DNA of 64,000 nt, from contig NC_057719.1 in NCBI RefSeq assembly GCF_004010195.1, positions 50,014,302-50,078,301 on the forward strand, in the 5' to 3' direction. Source of the stretch: Chiloscyllium plagiosum. Its lineage: Eukaryota. This document shows, piece after piece, positions 51,790 to 64,000 of this stretch. Below the pieces are notes generated by a model. The model saw only the letters and a program-made list of their open reading frames with translations, had not been told where the DNA came from and searched no databases. A program made the translations under genes and the position numbers. Each line of letters opens with the position of its first letter. Within the stretch, counting starts at the first letter, position 1.

Positions 51790-53180
51790 CAGTCATAGAG
51801 ATGTACAGCGTGGAAACAGATGCTTCAGTCCAACCTGTCCATGCCGACCAGATACCCTAACCTAATCTAATCCCAGTTGCCAGCACTTGGCCCATATCCC
51901 TTTAAACTCTTCCTATTCATAGACCCATCCAGATGCCTTTTAAATGTTGTAATCGTACCAGCCTCCACCATTTCCTCTGGCAGCTCATTCCATATACGCA
52001 CCACCCTCTGTATGAAAACGTTGCCCTTGGGTCCCTTTTATTGCTTTCCCCTCTCACCTTAAACAAATATCCTCTAGTTTCGGACTCCCCCCGCCCCGGA
52101 GAAAAGACCTTGTCTATTTATCCTATCCATGCCCCTCACGATTTTATAAGCTTCCATAAGGTCACCTCTCAGCCTCCGACACTCCAGGGAAAACTGCCCC
52201 AGCCCATTCTGCCTCTCTGTTTAGCTCAAACCCTCTAGCCCTGGTAACATCCTTGTAAACTAAAACAGAAGTTGCTGGTAAAGTTCAGCAGGTCTGGCAG
52301 CATCTCTGAACTGAAATTAAAGTTACCTTTCAGATTAGGTGACCCTTCCTCAGAAGTGTTTTGAGGAAGGGTTGCCAGACCCGAAATACTAACTTTGATT
52401 ACTCTTCAAAGACGCTGCCAGACTTGCTATGATTTCTCATCTACTTCTGTTTTTGTTTCTGGTTTACAGCATCCTCAGCTGTTTCAGTTTTTATTTAACA
52501 TCCTTGTAAATCTTTTCTGAACCCTTTCACTTTTCGCAACACCTTTCATATTGCAGTGAGACCAGAATTGCATGCAGTACTCCAAAGGTGGTCTAACCAA
52601 TGTCCTGTACATCCGCAACATGACCTCCCAAATCCTATACTCAATGCTCTGACCAATAAAGGAAAGCATACCAAATGCTGCCTTCTTCACTTTCCTATCT
52701 ACCTGCAACTTCACTTTCAAGGAGCTATGAACCTGCACTTCAAGGTCTCTTTGTTCAGCAATACGTCCTAGGACCTTACCATTAAGTGTACAAGTCCTTC
52801 CCTCATATTTATCTAAATTAAACTTCCACTGCCAATCCTCGGCCCACTGGCCCATCTGATCAACATCATGTTGTACTCGGAGGTAACCTTCTTCACTACC
52901 ACTACATCTCTGATTTTACTGTCATCTGCAAAATTACTAACCATACCTCCCATGTTCACATCTAAATAATTTATATAAATGACAAAAAGCAGTGGACCCA
53001 GCACCGGTCCTTACGGCACTCCACTGGTCGCAAGCCTCTAGCCTGAAAAGCACACCTCAACCACCACCCTCTGTTTTTTACCTTTGAGCCAGTTCTGTAT
53101 CCAAAAAGCTAGTTCTCCCAGTGTTCCATGAAACCTAACCTTAATAACCAGTCTACCATGAGAAACCTTGTTGAACACCT
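51790..53180 (-). mobile_element. CR1 LINE 3' portion
   Basis: 'LGPLLFVIYIN', 'FADDSK' and 'LVRPPLEYCMQFWS'. Confidence 0.9.
52260..52495. mobile_element. Degenerate fold-back pLTR-type insert with 15-bp TSD
   Basis: TSD taacatccttgtaaa at 52245-52259 and 52496-52510. Inverted arms around cccttcctca...tgaggaaggg, with a decayed hammerhead-like core. Confidence 0.75.
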
Positions 53181-54218
53181 TCACTTTGGTTATAATATTC
53201 TATCATTTCAACACCTACGAATTCCATAATTTATAGCAGTCTTCCCATGTTCCGATGCAAGATCTCTAAATAAGTAATTTACTTCAGAACATTACTGGAG
53301 GTTAAATTGTTCTAACGCATCATTACTTTCCATAATGCAAATTGAATAAAACGGTCGCATTTTCCAAAGCAGAACTTTTTCTTACTTAGTGCGACATACT
53401 TGTAAATATACTTCTGAGAATGAAAACTGTTATACAGGTTTGCAGTGTTACTCAGTCTGGAATGCTGTAAGGAATTATGTTAAAGTGAGGATGAACAACA
53501 AACCAAAAGAAGAAAGGCTCCAAGAAGGAGCATTTGAGATGGAAGATTAGTGAGAAGGTTGGAAAGAAGGAGGGAAACAGAACCAATCAGGTGAGAGAAG
53601 GGAAGAGAGATTGGTAATCTTGACAAATACATAGTTTTGATAATTAAGATGGAAGTGAAGGTGAAGCCATAATGGTTTGTAAACCTACGACCATTGTTTT
53701 TTTTCAGTTTTGCCTTCTAATTTTACAATTCAATAAGAGAGCATCATTCCGCAATTTATTTGAATACCACTCTCTGTATTTTGCATTTTGAGTCAAGTGT
53801 TCAGTTTGGAGGTATTAGATATCCCATTCGATATTACAGAATGGGACACACAGTGGAGAGTGGGAACATCTGCAAGGATCTGGCTGACACAAAAGAACAT
53901 TTAGGATATTGAGTGGAGCGGGCAGAGTTGAAGCACTTGCACTGGGTTAGAAGAAAGTGTACTGGAATGGAACAGTGAGGGGGCGATGGTGGAAGAATAG
54001 CAGAGCAGACGAAAAGTTTGGTCTCGAGAACTGACAGAAGAGGTTGAGCAGCAAACAATCATTAAAGCTAAAAAGGTCAAACCAAATTCTAAAGTTTCAC
54101 TAGTAATGGGTTCACGGATGCCAGGTGACAGTCCAATTAGCCTTTGTCACTTACCACATTAATACAAACATGTAATAATGCACTCACTAGATTTTTAATT
54201 ATTTATTTATAATTGTAC

Positions 54219-55467
54219 CTTCTGATTCTGGTTTCTGAGGGAGATGTGTTGTTGGCAAGGCAGATATCACAGTGGGAATCCCACTTGTTGTTGGCAACCT
54301 TGAACTCAATCCCTTATATGTATTTTTGGTAGTCCCAATTATAGCTTCTGTGCTGGATACTTGCACAGTCTGAGTAGTTTTCAACATTGTTTCCTGAGAA
54401 GCTGATGAGACTGACTCTGTCATTGCAGCCCCCTGAATTGATGTTGTAGCTCTGGATGTCGTAGTCACCTGAAATGTATTGGGTGCCTTGCTGTCTGTTA
54501 CCGCACCCACTGTGGTTGCCATGATTTCATTAATTTCCTTCTCAGCATTTGGACTATTTATATTCCAGCTGAAGTAATTACCCTCTGGTTCACTGATTAT
54601 TGTTGTTGTTGTCACTTCTTCATTTCTGAAACTTCCAACATTTGCATTTGTGAATTCTGAGAAATTTAACATTTCTGAAGTCAATACTGTGGCTTCCTTG
54701 TGTGTTGTATTGACAGTAAGAATTGTTTTACTTGTAAGAGGCAAAGCTGTAGTGTCATGACTATTTAGCGTAAAGACCTCATTGCCTGAATCAGTGGTCC
54801 TGGTTGTCTCAACACCACTTTCATTTTTGGTGACCCCATTAAAAACAGTTGAACTTGTAACCTGCTCTGGCACTTGGTTCTTATTCTCCATTGTTCCTTC
54901 AGCTTTCTGATTATGTTGTGTTGCTGTTGTTGTCGTGTAAACAGTATTGTTAACTTTGCTGACATCAACGTCTTGACCAGAAGAGGATTTTGTAGCTAAG
55001 ACTGTTACAAAGTCTTTCTGCTGAGACTGTACAGTTTTATTCCAATCATCATCTTTAGTACTTGTATTAAATTGTTTCTGAAATGGCACCATTGTTCTAG
55101 CTGTAGGTAATGTATCAAGGCTGGTCATCGTGATTACATTTTCATTTTCTGACTTATTGATTTGTTTTGTTTCTTTTATATTGGCAATGCTAGGAGTTAT
55201 TGCTGCAGTTAATGTTTCTAATGAAGGCTTTAACATATTACTAAAAGCAGTAGAACTTGTTGTTTCTCCATTGATCTCTGTGGCACTTTTCACCTCATTA
55301 CTGTTCTCATTATAGCTTGTGGTGCTTTCTGGCTTTTCAGTAGAAACCTCAAATATTTGCATGTTTCTTCTTTGCCACTTATGAACGTTGGAAGATCTCA
55401 GCCCCGGTAAGCAGATGACAGTGGCTAAGATAGCCACACAAGCACAAAATTCTGCTGGTCTCATCAT
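54219..55467 (-). CDS. ARMH4: ARMH4 first coding exon: signal peptide and mucin-like Ser/Thr-rich ectodomain (exon starts at 55514)
   Basis: Longest clean ORF in the window. ATG at 55467 gives hydrophobic 'MMRPAEFCACVAILATVICLP', followed by many N-X-S/T sequons. Acceptor ttcttttgtttcag and donor tcagaag|gtacaa (phase 1). Gene identity rests mainly on the downstream acidic exon and overall layout. Confidence 0.88.
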
Positions 55468-56334
55468 TACCAAAAAAGTAAGGAATCCCCCTGAAGATAA
55501 CTGCACAAGTAAATCTGAAACAAAAGAACCTCAGTATTGTTTGTGAAACATTTAGAGTGACAGCACAGTATTAGTATCATTCCAAATAAATATAACACAA
55601 ATATATCTCAACTGTCACACTGATGTGACAGTGATTGGAAATACAAGAAAATAGTTTACATAAAAATATATATACCTGGTGGACAAAAATTCAAAATCTC
55701 TACATAAGATCTAATGTAAAAACCATTTTAAGAAAGTAAAATCAGACAATTTTTACCAAGTGAAAATATAGAGTACACCATAACATGTTGAAGTAACATC
55801 CTCTGAAAGAAGTAGAGACCTCATCCAATGGAACATGTATGTTTCCATAAACAAAATTTAGCTTCTATTTTACAAATGTTGCTAATGGAAAACCTTAAAT
55901 TAATTGAGCACAGAGGGCAGGGGAATGAAATAAAGGCCGGTTTCATCAGGAATCACCTTCTTTCTTTAACAGCCTGGGGGTTTTGGAGGCTCCTAATAGG
56001 GGACAGTATGCTGCAGGCCTGATGTAACAATGCAAATGAAGTGGATGGTAAGCAATCTTTGCTCCTTCCTCATTTTTCTGGGGATCACGCATTGGGCTGC
56101 CACACATTAGCAGCCAAGGAGACCTGTAGCCTATTCCATTTTGGGAATTTTCAGAGAAGACCAAAGAGAGAAAAGTTAATTAATTTCTACATTTTAAGCT
56201 CCTTCCTCAACAGCTTGTTAGAAAGGTACTTCTTTTGATTTCTGATCTCTAATTGGAGGCCAAATGCAATTTTATACAGAAAGGCATGTAGTAGTGTTTA
56301 AATTTTCTGTCTTTCTGCTGGTGTTCAGCCCTAT

Positions 56335-57215
56335 AGTCATACAGCATGGAAACAGACCCTTTGGTCCAACTAAATCATGTCTACCAAATTTCCCAAACTA
56401 AACTTGTCCCACTTGCCTTCATTTGGCCCATATCCCTCTAAAGTTGTCCTATTTATGTACTGTCCAACTGCCCTTTAAATGTTGTAACTGTATCTGCATC
56501 TACTACTTCCTCTGGCAGTTTATTCCACATACAAACCACCCTCTGTCTGAAAATGTTGTCCTGAGGTCTTCTTTAAATCCTTCTTCTCTCTCCTTAAAAA
56601 CATGCTTCCTAGTTTTGAATTGCCCTACTGTGGGGAAGATACCTTCACTATTCACCTTATCTAGTTAAAAATCACACAACACCAGGTTATAGTCCAACAG
56701 ATTTAATTGGAAGCACAAGCTTCAGGTAGTTGATGAAGGAGCAGCGCTTCAAAAGCCAGTGCTTCCGATTAAACCTATTGAACTATAACCTGCTATTGTG
56801 TGATTTTTAACTTTGTACACCCCAGTCCAAGATCGGCATCTCCAAATCACCTTATCTACACCTTTCATGATTTTATAAATCCCTATAAGGTTATCCCTCC
56901 ACCTCCTATGCTCCGGCAAAAAAAGTCCCAGCCTATATAGCCTCTCCTCAGAGCTCAAACCCTCTAGTCCCAGCAGCATCGTGGTAAATCTTTTCTGAAT
57001 CTTTTCCTTCCCACAGCACGGCGACCAGAACTGTGCACAGTACTCCAAAGTGGTCTGACCAGCATCCTCAACATGACATCCCAACTCCTGTACTCAATGG
57101 TCTGAGCAATGAAGGCAAGCCTGCTAAGTGCCACCTAACCACCCTGTCTCCCTGTGATGCAACTTTCAAAGAAGTATGTACTTGAATCCCTAGGTCTCTC
57201 TGTTTGACAACATGC
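56335..57215 (-). mobile_element. CR1 LINE 3' fragment
   Basis: ORF 56749-57084(-) 'LEYCAQFWSPC...RFTTML.GLEGLS.EERL'. Confidence 0.85.
56664..56846. mobile_element. 183-bp fold-back Penelope pLTR insert with 12-bp TSD
   Basis: TSD tcaccttatcta at 56652-56663 and 56847-56858. Arms gttaaaaatcacac... and ...gtgtgatttttaac enclose a decayed hammerhead core. Confidence 0.85.
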
Positions 57216-58470
57216 CAGTTCCATTTCTCTACAGCAATGATAGTTCAAGTGAACAAGTTCTATACACTTTTAGTGATGTATGCTAACTTTTTGAAAAGCA
57301 TCTGAAGCACTATAATGATAAAGTGTATTTGTTCCAAAGACTTGATTCTAATTTATTCAAAGTGTAACTCTTCGAAAGAAAAAGTATCTCAGATGTTCAT
57401 TCCATTTCAATCATACAGATAGAAATGTTTGTCTACTGGAAATAATATTTTTGATCTTCAACTCAAAAAGCTTTAAACTTCCAGTAACAATAGGAGGAAC
57501 AATCCCACCTACTTTATCTTCCAAAAGTGGAGCAATGTGGGAATAGAACAGAGTGGGGAGAATGCAGAGAGTACAGTAAAAATGATTGGATATCTCTTTC
57601 AATGAACTGGCACAGCCAAGATGAGGTGAATGATATTCTTTTATGATACTATAATCTGATGATGAAATAACTCCACAGAGGCCAGTCACCCTTTATTTAT
57701 ACATGGAGTCCTTGTCTAATAAAACCTATCAATCCTAGTTTTGAAACTATCAATTAACTTAGCCTCAACAACCTTTTGTTATGGTGGTTGTGATGGCACT
57801 GTGACTGGATGAGTGCCAGGTTTCTATTACTAAGGAATGCTTTCTGGCACCATACCTGAGTAGCAAGTTTAAAAAGGTTATGCCCACTTGTTTTCTAAAC
57901 TCTCCCTCCAAAGATGACAGTTTGTCTATTTGTCTAACAGCTTTCCTGCTCTGACAAATTAATTATCTTAAACACTATCCTCACAATTTAACAATTTTGG
58001 CTTAGATGTCATTCTGGTGAATCTGCCCTGCCCCCACCTTGTTCACGGCCAATATATTTTTCCTGAGATGAGATGCAGACTGAATGCAATACTCTACATG
58101 GTGTTTGACCAAAACTCTGTATAGCTGGAACATAATTTTCACTATCTGTACTATCCAGACCTCTTGTGACAAAGACAAACATTGTCATTTTCAAGTTTTT
58201 TTTATGTCTGCCCACTACCTTTTATTAATTTTTGTACTTGGACTCCTAAATTTCTATGAACAGTTTCAGTCCCTAACATCTCCTTACTTAGAAAACATTA
58301 GATTCCAGATCTAAAGTGGATGGCCTTATACTTTCCCATATGAAACTGTCAGGTTTGCCCTCTTGAACTACCAATTTCTCTTTGCAATTTTCAACTACCA
58401 AGCATACAATTTGCCGTATCACATTACTTAGGGGAAAATCGTCTGGCGACTTTGGAGGTGGGTAGGACTA

Positions 58471-58791
58471 GATTAGATTAGATTAGATTACATTACAGTG
58501 TGGAAACAGGCCCTTCGGCCCAACAAGTCCACACCGACCCGCCGAAGTGCAAACCACCCATACCCCTACGTTTACCCCTTACCTAACACTACGGACAATT
58601 TTAGCATGGCCAATTCACCAGACCTGCACATCTTTGGACTGTGGGAGGAAACTGGAGCACCCGGAGGAAACCCACGCAGACACGAGGAGAATGTGCAAAC
58701 TCCACACAGTCAGTCTCCTGAGGCAGGAATTGAACCCGGGTCTCTTGCGCTATGAGGCAGCAGTGCTAACCACTGTGCCACCGTGCCGCCC
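58471..58791 (-). mobile_element. HE1-type V-SINE
   Basis: Reverse complement of the 13960 SINE, with a (gatta)n tail. Confidence 0.9.
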
Positions 58792-59044
58792 ACAAACTTA
58801 ATTAAGTGCTATGGTGGTATCCATATTTTCTAAATCAACCTGTACAGAGATGTTATTACAAACCTCCTGAGCTGGTGGGACTTGAATATGAACCTCCTGA
58901 TTCAGGGAAGGAACATTAACACTGCCCCAGGAAAGTTCATACCTAAACATGGCCATCTTCCCATCCCTGCCAAATTAAGTTCTGGGGGGGGGAAGGCCAA
59001 TAGTCAACCTTCCCATCTTTCACTAATTGAGTCCTTTGAAAGGT

Positions 59045-59225
59045 AATAGGTAATGTCACCATAGTCCCAGGGGACATGTCTCATCAGAGGGAGGACTGGT
59101 GATGGTTTAACCTAAGGGCTAACATGCTTCAGGTGAGGGGAGAGGTTGTCCTTTGTGGGCAACCTCAGCCAGTGCAAGAATAGAACCCATGCTGTTAGCA
59201 TCACTTTGCATCACAAACCAGCAGC
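59045..59225 (-). mobile_element. Degenerate tRNA-derived SINE-like fragment
   Basis: The minus strand has a B-box-like 'atgggttctattc' in a SINE-like context. Family not identified. Confidence 0.4.
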
Positions 59226-62200
59226 TGCTGTCGATCAGTCCCTTAATGACCAATGAATGAACACATAGCTGTCTCAGTCCACTGCTGCTGGTATTCACCC
59301 AGCTTCAGGCATGCTCAGCAAATAAAGAATAGTTCCCTTCTTCCTGGTGGTGGAATACGAATAAAGTCTTTCTGCACTTGTATTTTCCACTGTGTCCTAT
59401 ACCTACACACATATGACATGGGTGCTGGAGAATAATTTTTTAAAATTAACAGGGGATTCAGAATCTCCTCACAACAGGGACTGACTCCAAGCTGACTGGT
59501 CACAGCTGCTGTATGGTGTACATGTAAATAAAGGGTTACTTGATAATGCGATACCAGCCTCTGAAAAACAAGGAACAAAAAGTAAGACTATGTTCCCAGC
59601 TTTTCAGCTCCTGGGAGCTTTCTGTGAATGATCAAGCAACTGGACATTGGGACGGACTGGGGCTGCTGTGAGCCATGCTTTTGCCCTTGCTCATAACTTT
59701 TCTGCACCCCTGTTGACTCCCTTGCCATTAAACCACAACCCCTCCTCCCCAAACATGATTTACCTGTGGCCTAAAACAGCCACAGCCTCCTCTGTAGAAA
59801 TGCTGACCGCAAAATCTGCCAGTCCTTGCCAGCCCTGCAGCTCTGAGTATACAGGACTTGCTTCAACAGGAGGGCCCAGTGGTGATCTTCCCACTGCCTG
59901 ATTGGCTTGTGGTTCATCAGGTGAGACCACCAACGCTTAATGCCTTGTCAGCAAACACAAAGCTCTATTCTCTCATCCAAGTCATTTACAGGAAGCGTGG
60001 CAACTTCAATAAGAATATGGCCAGCAAGGATGAGTTAAAGACAGTTTCGCACTGTCACTGGAAGTGGATAGTTTCGCCCATGGAGGTCTGTCTTATGACT
60101 GCATCAACACATCAATGAATTAGATACACAGCTGAAGGAAATCCAGGGTTGCAGATTTACTAAAATAGGAGCCATAATAAATATGAGGCACAAAACGAAG
60201 CTATAAAGGATAGTAATAAGATGGTGAAATCAGTAAAATAAATAGCAGATGGATTTCAATGTCAGTAAGTTGATGTAGGACATGCTGTTTAAAGAAAGTA
60301 ATAATTCTACTTTGAATCAAGAAAACTTTATAAATTGGATGAACAAAGCAAGCTGGCTTGTTCAGAATACAATAAAACAGCACTTCGAATCAATAAAGCC
60401 ATAAAAATGTAATAGAATGCTGCAGCTTATGATGAGTTATAGATTTAAAAAGCTGAGATGTGATAGTGAACCGATAACAAACCATCATAAATCCACTTAT
60501 GGAGCAATGCATGTTTTTTTTAGGACGTTCAGTTGACAGTGCAGATTTACGAAGATGCTGCCTGGTAAGGACATTCTAATCTGAATACAGACTACAAAAA
60601 TTAGAGCTCTCTTCATGAGAACAAAGGATTAAGACCTCTGAAAGGGTCTCTTAGAAAAGAGTTTATAAAAGGATAGGGTGAAGTTGTTTGAAACAGTCTT
60701 CTCCAGTCACTGAGGGTTTTAAATGAAGAGACAGAGTTAAATTCAAATTGGAGATACATAGATCGGAGACCAAGAGAAATTTCATTTTTACATGGAGGGT
60801 TGTGGGCTGTGAAATGCACTTACAGTTAGTAACTGATGCAGAAAGCATAGTCAGCAATTTATTTGGAGCTGCTCCCATTCCACCACTGCAGCTTCATCAG
60901 AAAGTACAGCCGAGATTAAGTAAGGAAAATAATTACCACTGTACTTCCAGCAAAGTTATAACAGCAAGAGCAGAAAATTTCATTAAATTGACAGCACAGT
61001 AACAGTCCACCCAGATCAACTGGCCTGCGTCAGTGTTTAAGCTCCATATGAGATTCCTACCATACTGTTTCAACTAACCCTATCTGCACATAACTGTTTC
61101 CTTTTTTTCACATATCTATCTAACAGCCTTGCCAACATCAATATTTAAGAATAATAGAAATGGGCAAAAAAAGATTATAAACAGGGATGACACAAAGATG
61201 GAGAATTGTGCCTTAATAGAATTGTTATGGGATTCTACGTGAATAAGATGGGGTAATCATCATACTGGCGTGTACATTTGTAGCTTCATAGAGCAAAAAT
61301 CTAAATTCAACAAGAAAATCTATAAACACTTCTGGGTATGGAATGTAATTCAAGTGAAAGACATATCAGAAAATGTGGCTGTGGAGTTCTGATTTCCTGA
61401 GTTGTCCTCCCTACAACACTCACTCCTCACCTGACTATGGAGTGAGTTTGGGCGCATTCCAGTGTGTTATGCAGACAATAAGTTAGGCGTTTCCCTCCAA
61501 GCATCTTGTTACAGTAGACAGTGAACAAGCAGAATACACCAGGTCCCAGATGTACCCATGATCTGGACAGAATTTGCAGCTTTCAAAAAAAAGTCGGCCT
61601 CCTTGCTTGGACAAACTTAACTAGGGCTTTTGATGATTATCCAGCAATCCCTCTTAGAAACGTGCATATGTAAATATTGCTAATTTGTATTTATATGGTG
61701 TTCCACAGTAGTAGCTGAGCTTTCAAACAAATGCTTTAGTTCTTATCGAAAAATTACCCACTATGTGCATTCCCACATCTACCCCACCAACTTCTCACAT
61801 TACAAGGAATAACTTGTGAGATAAGCCATTATTTCCCAGTATTGAAATGGGGGTGAATGGAACAGAAAATGAAGGTTGTTTTTAAAATTTACTAACATTC
61901 CTGGACATTTAAAAAAAAACAAGTTATTCATGATTGTTAAGAGACTTTTTTTCAAATAAAATACAGCAGGAACTGTAAGTACCATCAGCTCTTCACTACT
62001 CTTTAAATATAAAATGGCTAATTTGACAGAGGGTCAACTCTTCTAGGAAAACTGCCAAGAGCACTTGCACCATTTACAAGTGGGAGATAAAATCAGCACT
62101 ACAAAAATAATTTGTAATGGAGTCTAAACCATCTCAGGAATAAAATGATAGAAATAAATTGTATTTACCTCTTGTGGGAGAATAATGTAATTGAAAATAC

Positions 62201-62973
62201 TGTAATGAATGAACATTCCAAAATGTCAGAGTGAATTGTGGAACTTCGTCTAGAAAATAAAAACCAAATACTGTCAACTACAAAAACCATCTGATTATTA
62301 TTTGATTGGACTGTGCAAATTAGAATGAGGAAATTTCTATTTTTAACATTCAATTACTCAATCGTTTGGCACGAGAAATTTCATGGAGAAGCGGATGGGG
62401 GCCAAAGGCTAAGATGAAGAAATTTCGTCCAGCCTGCAGCAGAATTAGGACATTTCATTGTGCTATATGGTCTTGGAGTTCAATTCCATTTGACATGCGT
62501 TAGAGCCGGCAGGAAAATGTTCCCAGTAAACATGGCACACAACATGCAGTGCACATAATATACATGCATACTAGACATTACATGGAACACAATGCTCACA
62601 GCGAAACGCCAGGTCCCAGATGCATCCCTTATCTGGACAGTATTTGCAGATTTTGAAACTATTTTTCAAACCATCCCACAAATAGCTGAAATCTGTCGTG
62701 GTTAATCTTTATTCGTTAGCATTTAAGAACATGCAGCTATTCTGTCACAGAGAGAGAGAAAAATATTCGCATCCTTAAATTAAACATCCTTAAATTAAAT
62801 TACCTCAAATTTAGCTCCGTCAGCAATACGAGCGCGGATTACATCCTTTCTATTCTATTCCTCTTAGAAGAGCATCAACCAAACCTATGCAGCTAACGGG
62901 AATATTTCCCCCCATGCAGTGTGGCAAGGTCCAAGCAGACGTGCAGCGATTAAATAAACAAGCGGCGACTCAC

Positions 62974-63200
62974 CTGTTTTTGAAAGGGATTCATCCGATT
63001 TCTCTTACATTTCTTTATTTCGTTGCAAATCCTTTCGGAGGCGTGAATTTTTTTTTTTGGCTTCGTCGTCGTTGCGTTGGTTGTGTTGGTCTCTCGTCAC
63101 CAGCTCGGCTTTGCTCCAGGGCGCCGCGCGTTTGGCTGGAGCAGTGCACGCCTTATCCCAGTATTAGCATGAGGCAGAGCAGAGAGCTGCTTCCCCAACC
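62974..63200 (-). promoter_or_regulatory. ARMH4: Probable non-coding exon 1 and CpG-rich promoter of ARMH4
   Basis: Consensus donor cag|gtgagt with the exon ending at 62974. It lies in the only CpG-dense non-repeat patch (cgtcgtcg, gcgccgcgcg), upstream of the first coding exon. The 5' limit is uncertain. Confidence 0.65.
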
Positions 63201-64000
63201 TCGCCTCTTCGTGTACACAATCAACCTTCAGCAAAGATCACAACCCAGTCCAGCGAATCAAAATAACTATTCCCTCAAAAAAAACCCTCTAAATTATAAC
63301 AATATCCTTTATATCGAAAACACTCAATCATTTTAACATTTAAACAAAATACAGCCCAATCCTCATTTATAATTTCACAGATTCTCCAATTTTTGCGTGC
63401 AGATTTCCGCCGAAACACCAGAGGGGCGGCATTGAGGACTAAGGATTGCTTTGAGATAAAACTGTTAGAATTGATGGGGCACTGGCACCAGTACTGGGCA
63501 AACAAGGAGCTGTTTCCGGAGTGGAATTCACCAAAACTGCACGACCATCAGTCAACTAGCGAATGGTCTAACACTGTAGAAAAGGTTTTTAATCTAAATG
63601 CTTGAGGGGAGGTTGAAGAGAAAAGAGCGCATTAGTAAATTGGTCAAACGAAATGGTAAAGATATAGAATTAAAAGTTCTTTATCTGAATTATATTTGTC
63701 AATAGCTAGGTAATTCATAGCACAAATGGAAGCAGATGAGTATTGTGTAATGGCCCCTCCCAATAGTGGTAAATGTCATATGGCGGAGGCAGTCCTTAGT
63801 TAGCTTTTTGAAATAGTTTGATTGTATTCTTACCTCTCGCCAAACTCCAGATCCTCGTGTTCAGGTTCCTCCATTGCTTGCCCTTCCCCATCTCTAACGT
63901 CCAACTCAACACTTTTCTAAGATCTACGTGTTTCTCCAATTCTGACCCCTCCTGCACCCCAATTTACCCCTCCAACTGCTTACCCCCTGTAAGCACTGTA

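Noticed and set aside
62887..63336. 149-aa plus-strand ORF over the CpG patch
   Set aside because: No recognisable protein features. It is antisense to the probable exon 1 and likely open by chance.
1..64000. Prokaryotic systems (CRISPR arrays, operons, defence RTs)
   Set aside because: The sequence is intron-rich vertebrate DNA. All RT motifs belong to decayed non-LTR or Penelope elements, and I saw no repeat-spacer array.

Overview
Eukaryotic, repeat-rich vertebrate DNA. HE1-type V-SINEs, CR1 LINEs and Penelope-like elements point to a cartilaginous fish, probably a shark (inference). The window holds the 5' and middle part of one minus-strand gene that I recognise as ARMH4 (C14orf37). It has a CpG-rich non-coding exon 1 (~62974-63200), a signal-peptide plus mucin-like exon (54219-55514), two homologous ~270-nt Ser/Thr exons (39205-39474, 38036-38308) and an acidic exon (32020-32229). 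I could not find the transmembrane or cytoplasmic exons; they probably lie beyond position 1. The introns contain decayed CR1, L1/Tx1 and Penelope retroelements, SINEs and two assembly gaps. The most notable signals are: (1) about ten minimal hammerhead-ribozyme motifs in two families, carried by short, often fold-back, TSD-flanked Penelope-derived inserts; (2) tandem exon duplication in the ARMH4 stalk; (3) a predicted exon-spanning uORF whose stop overlaps the ARMH4 ATG; (4) a twin-priming-type 5'-inverted CR1; (5) a pre-miRNA-sized hairpin and a MITE-like inverted repeat. Repeat boundaries are read by eye and approximate; no database searches were run.
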